Below the pieces are notes generated by a model, which saw nothing but the letters and a program-made list of their open reading frames with translations, made no database searches and was not told where the DNA came from. The translations under genes and the position numbers were made by a program. 44,341 nt of DNA from Desulfotignum sp. (GTDB lineage: Bacteria > Desulfobacterota > Desulfobacteria > Desulfobacterales > Desulfobacteraceae). Shown here piece by piece: positions 37,926 to 44,341 of the stretch. The first letter of the stretch is position 1; each line of letters starts with the position of its first letter. The stretch lies in assembly GCA_021737445.1 (NCBI GenBank), contig JAIPDY010000001.1, positions 1 to 44,341 of the forward strand, given 5' to 3'.

Positions 37926-37994
37926 CGGCCCGAAACCTGCGCAGGCCTTTGATCTTGGCTGGCAAAAATGCCAGGCAGTGTCAAGGATAAATGT

Positions 37995-38177
37995 TTATCC
38001 TGCATCATAGGTGCAGGTGGTAAAATCAATTTCTGCACCGCATTTGTCACATTTATGGGGTTTGTCAAACTCATCTGAAAAAATTTCTTTGGCTGCATCA
38101 CATGCAGGGCATTTACAGGTAAAAGATTTCAGGTGCTTGAAATTTTCAAATCCAGGGCAATGTTTCGGTGTGCTCAT
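37995..38177 (-). CDS. Small Cys-rich (zinc-ribbon-like) protein
   Basis: RBS AGGAG. 60 aa with 7 Cys (CPG, CKCPAC, CDKC, C). Confidence 0.75.
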   Translation of the reverse strand: MSTPKHCPGFENFKHLKSFTCKCPACDAAKEIFSDEFDKPHKCDKCGAEIDFTTCTYDAG

Positions 38178-38290
38178 GTTGGTCTCCTTTTTTGAAGGTT
38201 GGTGTATCTGTTCTTTGTCTATTTGTATTCATGGCCATTGTCAAGTCCTGATATCCGGGCATTTCAGGCTGTTACAGGCACCCGGGGGGA

Positions 38291-39280
38291 TCACGTAAGA
38301 TCCACAACGGTCCGGCCTTTGAGCCGGCCTTTGAGCATATTTTCAATGGCAGGGTTCAGCTGATCCAGGGAAATATGGGTTGCCATCTCTTTCAGGTTGT
38401 CCGGTTTCCAGTCATGGGCCAGTTTTTTCCACAAGGCCAGTCTGGGCGCTTTTGGGTAATGCTGAGAATCGATGCCGTGCAGGGACACCCCCCGCAGGAT
38501 AAAGGGAAATACCGTGATCGGCAGATCAGGGGATGCCACAAGGCCGCAGCAGGTGATCTTTCCCCAGGCCAGGGTGGATTTGATGGCCGTGGCCAGAATG
38601 TCTCCGCCCACAGTATCTATAACACCGGCCCACCGGGCTTTGAGTACAGGGGCTTTGTTGTTTTCCATAAACGCCTGGCGGTTGATAATTTCTGATGCTC
38701 CCAGTTGATTGAGAAAAGCTGTTTCCGGTTTGCCTGACACCCCTGTCACCGTATATCCGAGTTTCGCCAGAATGGCCACAGCCAGGGACCCCACCCCGCC
38801 GGTGGCGCCGGTGACCAGCACCGGCCCGGCATTGGCGGGGATGTCTGCTATTTTTTCAACAGACATGGCCGCAGTGAACCCGGCAGTTCCCAGGATCATG
38901 CTTTCTTCCAGGGTCAGGCCGTCGGGCAGGGGCACCACCCAGTCTGCGGGTACCCGGATATACTGACCGAATCCCCCGGCCGTGTTCATGCCCAGGTCAT
39001 AGGAGGTGACAATGACAGGATCACCTTGGGCAATATCAGGCGCATTGCTTTTTTCAACTATGCCGGCGGAATCGATGCCCGGGGTGTGGGGATAGTTCCG
39101 GGTGACCCCTTTGTTACCCGAGGCGGACAGTGCATCCTTGAAGTTGAGAGAGGAATACCGCACCCGGATCAATACATCCCCTTCGGGCAGGTCCTGGATA
39201 CGGGCGTGTTTTACACTGCCCCTGTATTGGCGGTCAGCGGTTTCTTCCACGATAAATGCATCAAAGATTTGATCTGTCAT
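38291..39280 (-). CDS. YhdH/YhfP (AcuI-like) NADPH-dependent MDR-family reductase
   Basis: 'YSSLNFKD', 'PGID', 'GTAGFTA', 'VTGATGGVGS', 'PFILRGV..GIDS'. Confidence 0.92.
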   Translation of the reverse strand: MTDQIFDAFIVEETADRQYRGSVKHARIQDLPEGDVLIRVRYSSLNFKDALSASGNKGVTRNYPHTPGIDSAGIVEKSNAPDIAQGDPVIVTSYDLGMNTAGGFGQYIRVPADWVVPLPDGLTLEESMILGTAGFTAAMSVEKIADIPANAGPVLVTGATGGVGSLAVAILAKLGYTVTGVSGKPETAFLNQLGASEIINRQAFMENNKAPVLKARWAGVIDTVGGDILATAIKSTLAWGKITCCGLVASPDLPITVFPFILRGVSLHGIDSQHYPKAPRLALWKKLAHDWKPDNLKEMATHISLDQLNPAIENMLKGRLKGRTVVDLT

Positions 39281-39411
39281 GACAGCCTCCTTATGGTTTT
39301 ATCCGCGCCTGTCTTGTAAAACTAATACCAATCTGATAATGGTTCAAGTCTTAAATATTTCCGACAATTGTTTTTGCCTTACTTATTTTGTATAAAATGG
39401 TATGAAAGGCC

Positions 39412-40554
39412 ATGAAAAGAAACGCGTTTGATACACCCCGGGTGGCCCTGATATCCTTTTCCCACTTTGTCCATGATGCATACACAAGCTTTCTGCCCCC
39501 GCTTTTGCCCCTGATTATCGAAAAGTTGTCTTTGACCCTGTGCCAGGCAGGCCTGCTTTCCTTTGTGGTGCAGGTGCCTGCGGTCTTCAATCCTTTCATC
39601 GGCCTGTTCGCAGACAACAAAGGCGTGGCCAGGTGGCTGGTGATCCTGGCCCCCACATTGACAGCCCTGCCCATGAGCCTGATCGTCATGGCCCCGTCCT
39701 ATTTGTTTCTCCTGATTTTATTGTTTTTTTGCGGTATTTCCGTGGCCCTGTACCATGTGCCCACCCCGGTGCTGGTGGCCGGGTATTCAGGACACTGGAA
39801 AGGCCGGGGCATGAGCCTGTTCATGTCCGGCGGCGAACTGGCCCGGACACTGGGGCCGATTTTTGCCGTGGCAGCCCTGTCCTGGCTGGGAGCGGACCAT
39901 TTTTATCTGGTTCTGGTTTTGGCGGTCTTGACTTCTGTGCTGCTGTGGCTCACGCTTGAACCACAGCAGGAAAAAATCGGATTTACACGCTCCAGCTCCC
40001 TGAAACAGGCTTATACTGAAATCCGCCATGTGCTGCTGCCCCTGTCAGGCATACTGGCTGCCAGGGCCTGTATGCATGCATCCATGGGCATATTTCTGGG
40101 GGTTTTTGTGGAGCAGCAGACCGGCAGCCTGTGGTATGGGGGTGCTGCCCTGGCTTTGTATGAAGCATTCGGTGTGGCAGGGGTGTTGTCAGCCGGTACC
40201 CTTTCCGACTGGATGGGCCGCAGAAAGGTGCTGTTCTGGGCTCTGGTTACAGCACCTGTGGCCCTGCTGCTCTTTGTATATGCCCCCGGGGCGTATAAAA
40301 TCCCCATGATGCTGGTGGTGGGATTTTCCGTGTTATCCACCACCCCGGTGATGCTGGCCATTGTCCAGGAAAATGCCGGGAAATATCCATCTGCTGCCAA
40401 CGGCCTGTTCATGATGGTCTCTTTTTTTGTACGGTCCCTTGCCGTGGTGGTGGTGGGTGCTATCGGGGATGTGGCCGGCATGGAGAACATGTTTGCCGCA
40501 AGCGCCCTGGCAGGCTTTTTCGCCATCCCTTTTTTGGTAAAGCTGGCCCGATAA
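39412..40554 (+). CDS. MFS transporter (Fsr-like)
   Basis: About 12 TM helices, 'HFVHD', 'ALYH.P', 'GTLSDWMGRR'. Confidence 0.88.
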   Translation: MKRNAFDTPRVALISFSHFVHDAYTSFLPPLLPLIIEKLSLTLCQAGLLSFVVQVPAVFNPFIGLFADNKGVARWLVILAPTLTALPMSLIVMAPSYLFLLILLFFCGISVALYHVPTPVLVAGYSGHWKGRGMSLFMSGGELARTLGPIFAVAALSWLGADHFYLVLVLAVLTSVLLWLTLEPQQEKIGFTRSSSLKQAYTEIRHVLLPLSGILAARACMHASMGIFLGVFVEQQTGSLWYGGAALALYEAFGVAGVLSAGTLSDWMGRRKVLFWALVTAPVALLLFVYAPGAYKIPMMLVVGFSVLSTTPVMLAIVQENAGKYPSAANGLFMMVSFFVRSLAVVVVGAIGDVAGMENMFAASALAGFFAIPFLVKLAR

Positions 40555-40591
40555 ATCCAAGAGCGATAATCTTAAGAAAAAATGACCAATA

Positions 40592-41503
40592 ATGCAGGAG
40601 AAAATAATGCTTAGAACAAATGAAGACCTTGTGGTGGAAATGTTCATGGAGTGTAAACCCGGCCCCCCCAGGGTGGGTCCGGGCTGGAAAGTGGACCACA
40701 ACGGCGTGCCGTTTCTTCTGCCGGGAATCGGCGGCATCACCCTGAATGTGGGGGTGGGAGATCCGGCATTCGGTCTGGCCGGGGACCATATCGAGCCCGG
40801 GGTTTCCTGCACAGCCAATGCAGACAAGCCCAATGAATTTCCCAACAACTCCCTGCAGTTTCTGGCCTGTGCAGGCAATGAGGCAAAGATCCTTTCCGGG
40901 GATGCCAAAGGGAAAACCGGTGTGGTCATCGGCCACCACGGCGGATCAGAACACATCATTGTGGAGTTTGCCAGAAAGGTCAAAGAGCAGATGGGGTATG
41001 ACGACAGAATCCGGATCAGGGTGCGGGGCCAGGGACTTACGCTCACAGATTTTCCTGATATCCGGCTGTTCAATCTGTGCCCGGATCTGCTGCATAAAAT
41101 GCAGATACAGCCCGACGGCACGGGCAAACTGACTGTACCGGTCACCACAATGGTGCCGGCATCCTGCATGGGATCAGGCCTTGGCCGGCCCCATGTGGGG
41201 GCAGGGGATTATGATGTCATGACATCTGATCCGGACACGGTCCGGCAGTACCATCTGGACCGCATGCGGTTCGGCGATTTCGTGGCCCTGATGGACCATG
41301 ACAACTCCTATGGCAGGGCCTTTCGAAAAGGGGCGGTGAGCATCGGGATCGTTGTGCATTCCGACTGCCGCCTGGCAGGACACGGGCCGGGCATCACCAC
41401 CCTCATGACCTGTCCTGCCGGCCTGATTGTGCCCAGGCAGGATCCCCAGGCCAATATTGCAGATCTGCTGGGGATAGGGACCGTTTGCAAAACAGGCAAT
41501 TAA
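40592..41503 (+). CDS. DUF4438-family protein
   Basis: 'LRTN', '[13 protein letters not shown]', 'DHIEPGVS', 'ACAGNEA', 'GHHGG.EH', 'GDYD', 'HSDC..AGHGPG'. Start may be 40607. Confidence 0.8.
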   Translation: MQEKIMLRTNEDLVVEMFMECKPGPPRVGPGWKVDHNGVPFLLPGIGGITLNVGVGDPAFGLAGDHIEPGVSCTANADKPNEFPNNSLQFLACAGNEAKILSGDAKGKTGVVIGHHGGSEHIIVEFARKVKEQMGYDDRIRIRVRGQGLTLTDFPDIRLFNLCPDLLHKMQIQPDGTGKLTVPVTTMVPASCMGSGLGRPHVGAGDYDVMTSDPDTVRQYHLDRMRFGDFVALMDHDNSYGRAFRKGAVSIGIVVHSDCRLAGHGPGITTLMTCPAGLIVPRQDPQANIADLLGIGTVCKTGN

Positions 41504-41550
41504 TAGTATAAAAGAGTCATGATACGTCAACCTTTGCCAGGGATACCGGT

Positions 41551-42750
41551 GTGAACAGAAAAAGCATTCTGCAGAAAGGCCAGGGCAGGACCAGAAAACT
41601 TGCCAAGCTTGCATATATTTATGAAAAAGAATCCCGGTATTTTGCCCAGGTGGCGGAAACCGCCAAGGAGATGGCCGGGGAAGAACTGCTGGCACTGGGC
41701 GCCAGTGACCTGTCCTTTGTTTTTCGCGGAATCTGGTTCACTGCCGCTAAAAAGGATTTTTACCGGATCACCTACCACGCCAGGCTCTTGTCCCGGGTGC
41801 TGGCGCCTTTGGTATCCTTTGCCTGCACAGGAAAGGATGACCTCTACAGGGAAGCCAAAAAAATTCGGTGGGAAGAGTTCATGACCGTAAAACAGACCTT
41901 TTCCATTTCGGCAAATGTGTCTGAGTCCGGCATCACCCATTCCAATTTCGCAGGGTTGCGGGTCAAGGATGCCATTGCAGATTATTTCAGGGACAGAACC
42001 AGCAAACGTCCCAATGTGGATCCCAAAGACCCGGATCTCATGATCAATCTGCACATCCACAGGGACTTTGCCACCCTGTCTCTGGATGCATCCACAGGGC
42101 CGCTGTACAAGCGTGGATACAGAGAGGCATCGGTCTCGGCCCCCATGCAGGAAACCGTGGCTGCCGCCATCATCCGCATGAGCGGGTGGGACGGCACCAT
42201 GCCACTGTACGACCCCATGTGCGGATCCGGCACCCTTCTGGCAGAAGCCCTGATGGCTTATTGCCGGATTCCGGCCCAGGTGTTCCGCACCCGGTTCGGG
42301 TTTATGCAGCTGCCGGATTTCAATTCCCAAATGTGGGAAGATATCCAGGTTTCGGCAAAACAGGATATACAGCCCCTGCCCCCGGGGCTGATTGCCGGCA
42401 GTGATATTTCAGAGCATGCGGTGACTGCGGCAAAAACCAATCTCATGGGCCTGCATTACGGCGCAAATGTCTCTGTTGCGCAAACAGATTTCCGGCAGAT
42501 CCCGGGCATTGCAGACAGCCTTGTTGTCACCAACCCGCCCTATGGGATCCGCATGGGAAAGGACAAGGACCTCAAGGGGTTTTACCAGGACCTGGGCATT
42601 TTCCTGCGGGAGCGGTGCACCCGGTCTTTGGCCCTGATATATTTTGGAGAGCCCAAATATATCAAACATGTGCCCCTGGCCCCATCCTGGAAGAAACCCC
42701 TGACAATCGGCGGCCTGGAGGGGAAACTTGTGAAATATGAACTCTATTGA
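41551..42750 (+). CDS. THUMP-domain rRNA methyltransferase (RlmL/YpsC-like)
   Basis: 'LYKRGYR', 'APMQETVAA', 'DPMCGSGT', 'TNPPYG'. Confidence 0.9.
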   Translation: MNRKSILQKGQGRTRKLAKLAYIYEKESRYFAQVAETAKEMAGEELLALGASDLSFVFRGIWFTAAKKDFYRITYHARLLSRVLAPLVSFACTGKDDLYREAKKIRWEEFMTVKQTFSISANVSESGITHSNFAGLRVKDAIADYFRDRTSKRPNVDPKDPDLMINLHIHRDFATLSLDASTGPLYKRGYREASVSAPMQETVAAAIIRMSGWDGTMPLYDPMCGSGTLLAEALMAYCRIPAQVFRTRFGFMQLPDFNSQMWEDIQVSAKQDIQPLPPGLIAGSDISEHAVTAAKTNLMGLHYGANVSVAQTDFRQIPGIADSLVVTNPPYGIRMGKDKDLKGFYQDLGIFLRERCTRSLALIYFGEPKYIKHVPLAPSWKKPLTIGGLEGKLVKYELY

Positions 42751-42764
42751 TACAGGATGGGAAA

Positions 42765-44341
42765 ATGGATATTTCCGGTAACCAGGAATCAGGCATCAAG
42801 ATTTACCATGAACTCATGGCCAACAAAGTCGGCGATATCCTGCTGGTATCCAGTCCCTATGACGCTTTTATCATGGAGGAGGAAGGCAGGCTTTCCAACC
42901 GGATAATCAATGAATACAAGGGGCTGAACCTGTCAAAACCCCCCAGGCTCACCTGGGTGTCTTCAGCGGATGAAGCCTTTGAACGACTGGAAAACAAAAA
43001 ATTCGACCTCATTCTGGCCATGCCCAGTCTGGACGGCATGGAGGTCCATGATTTCGGGGAAAAAGTCAAGCAGCAGTATGCAGATCTGCCTTTTTTCATG
43101 CTGCTTCACAACACCTGCGACATCAACCAGTATCTTAGCCTTGACAATGCCACCGCCATTGACCGGACCTATATCTGGGGGGGGAATGCCGACCTGCTGC
43201 TGGCCATCATCAAAAATTTTGAAGATGAAAAAAATGTGGCTTTTGACACCAGCAATGCCCAGGTCCGGGTGATCATCATGGTGGAGGATTCTCCCCACCA
43301 TTATTCTGCGATTCTTCCGGTGATTTACAAGCAGATCGTGCTCCAGACCCAGTCGGTGATTGACGAATCCATCAATGAAGAGCACCGGCTTCTCAAAATG
43401 CGGGGCAGGCCCAAGGTGCTTCTGGCCCACACCTATGAACAGGCCATGGCCTTGTATGAAAAGTACAAACCCTATGTGCTGTCCGTTTTTTCCGATATGC
43501 GGTATCCCAAAAACGGCAAGGAGGATGAAAATGCCGGCTTTGCCCTGTTGACCCGGATCAAAAAGGAGATACCGGATCTGCCCTTGCTTGTGCTGAGTAC
43601 AGAAGAACGCAGCCGGGACCTGGCCCACCAGATTCCGGCGGTGTTTGTCAATAAAAATTCCGCCAACCTCAATGACCGGATCAAAACCTTTTTTGTGGGG
43701 TGCCTGGGATTCGGGGCCTTTGTCTTCAGGATGCCCGATGGGGATGAAATCGCCAGGGCCAGCAATCTGCGGGCCATTGAAAAAATTCTGCCTGAAATTC
43801 CGGATACGTCCATTGTGTTTCACGCCAAAAACAATGATTTTTCCCGGTGGCTCATGGCCCGCAGCGAAATCAGCTTTGCCATGAGCCTCAAGCCCTATAC
43901 CATTGATGATTTTCCCGATCCCAAGAGCCTGAAGCGTTTCCTCATCGACAGTATCCGGGCCAGGCGCAAAGGAACCCGCCAGGGACAGGTCATTGAGTTT
44001 GATTCCAAAAAATTTGATTCAGACACCGGATTCATAAAGATTGGCACCGGCTCTCTGGGGGGCAAGGCCAGGGGGCTGGCTTTCATGGCCTCCCAGATCA
44101 AGCGGGATGAGGCGTTGATCAAAAAATTTCCGGATGTGGATATCAACATTCCCCAGACATTTGTCATTGCCACGGACGGATTCAAGATGTTCATCGAGGA
44201 CAACAAACTGGTGCAGTTGCTGGATTCTCCCGGGGAGCTGACAGATGAGCAGGTGGTAAAAGCGTTTGTACAGGCACGGTTTCCGGACTGGCTCAAACAG
44301 AACCTGAAGGTGTACCTGCGCCACGTCCGGTACCCCATTGC
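42765..44341 (+). CDS. Receiver-like / PEP-pyruvate-binding (PEP synthase-like) protein, 3' end beyond window
   Basis: Not in the ORF track because it has no stop in the window. Manual translation gives MDISGNQESGIKIYHELMANKVGDILLVSSPYDAFIMEEEG...VEDSP...LKMRGRPKV...NDFSRWL...KIGTGSLGGKARGLAF. Confidence 0.85.
   Translation, partial: MDISGNQESGIKIYHELMANKVGDILLVSSPYDAFIMEEEGRLSNRIINEYKGLNLSKPPRLTWVSSADEAFERLENKKFDLILAMPSLDGMEVHDFGEKVKQQYADLPFFMLLHNTCDINQYLSLDNATAIDRTYIWGGNADLLLAIIKNFEDEKNVAFDTSNAQVRVIIMVEDSPHHYSAILPVIYKQIVLQTQSVIDESINEEHRLLKMRGRPKVLLAHTYEQAMALYEKYKPYVLSVFSDMRYPKNGKEDENAGFALLTRIKKEIPDLPLLVLSTEERSRDLAHQIPAVFVNKNSANLNDRIKTFFVGCLGFGAFVFRMPDGDEIARASNLRAIEKILPEIPDTSIVFHAKNNDFSRWLMARSEISFAMSLKPYTIDDFPDPKSLKRFLIDSIRARRKGTRQGQVIEFDSKKFDSDTGFIKIGTGSLGGKARGLAFMASQIKRDEALIKKFPDVDINIPQTFVIATDGFKMFIEDNKLVQLLDSPGELTDEQVVKAFVQARFPDWLKQNLKVYLRHVRYPI

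Noticed and set aside
40333-44338. Long antisense ORFs (e.g. 40333-41169, 41527-42330, 42963-43823) and similar shadows elsewhere
   Set aside because: They are opposite-strand shadows of well-supported genes, as expected at this GC content and codon bias.

Overview
Gene-dense chromosomal segment, probably from a sulfate-reducing Desulfobacterota (Desulfobacteraceae-like; this is inferred from gene content). I see no rRNA, tRNA, CRISPR array or mobile element. The highlight is at ~0.3-6.7 kb: a mercury-methylation operon (arsR/hgcR-hgcA-hgcB). Its hgcB looks truncated in the ORF track but has an in-frame UGA at codon 73 followed by a SECIS-like hairpin. Read-through gives a full 95-aa seleno-HgcB ending in the conserved Cys-Cys. 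The operon sits head-to-head with a cobalamin-riboswitch-controlled corrinoid uptake/remodelling operon (btuB, a secreted BtuF-CbiZ fusion, a second BtuF-like protein), which could supply HgcA's cofactor. The rest of the window holds wrbA, mobB, shikimate kinase, nrdDG with tandem NrdR boxes, hpt, a DnaJ-class protein, mnmG, a Fur-FeoA-FeoA fusion upstream of feoB, a sigma54 two-component pair, pilMNOPQ with a convergent TPR pilotin candidate, thrC, serS, 5-formyl-THF cyclo-ligase, a YhdH/AcuI reductase, an MFS transporter, DUF4438, an RlmL-like methyltransferase and a partial receiver/PEP-synthase-like gene.
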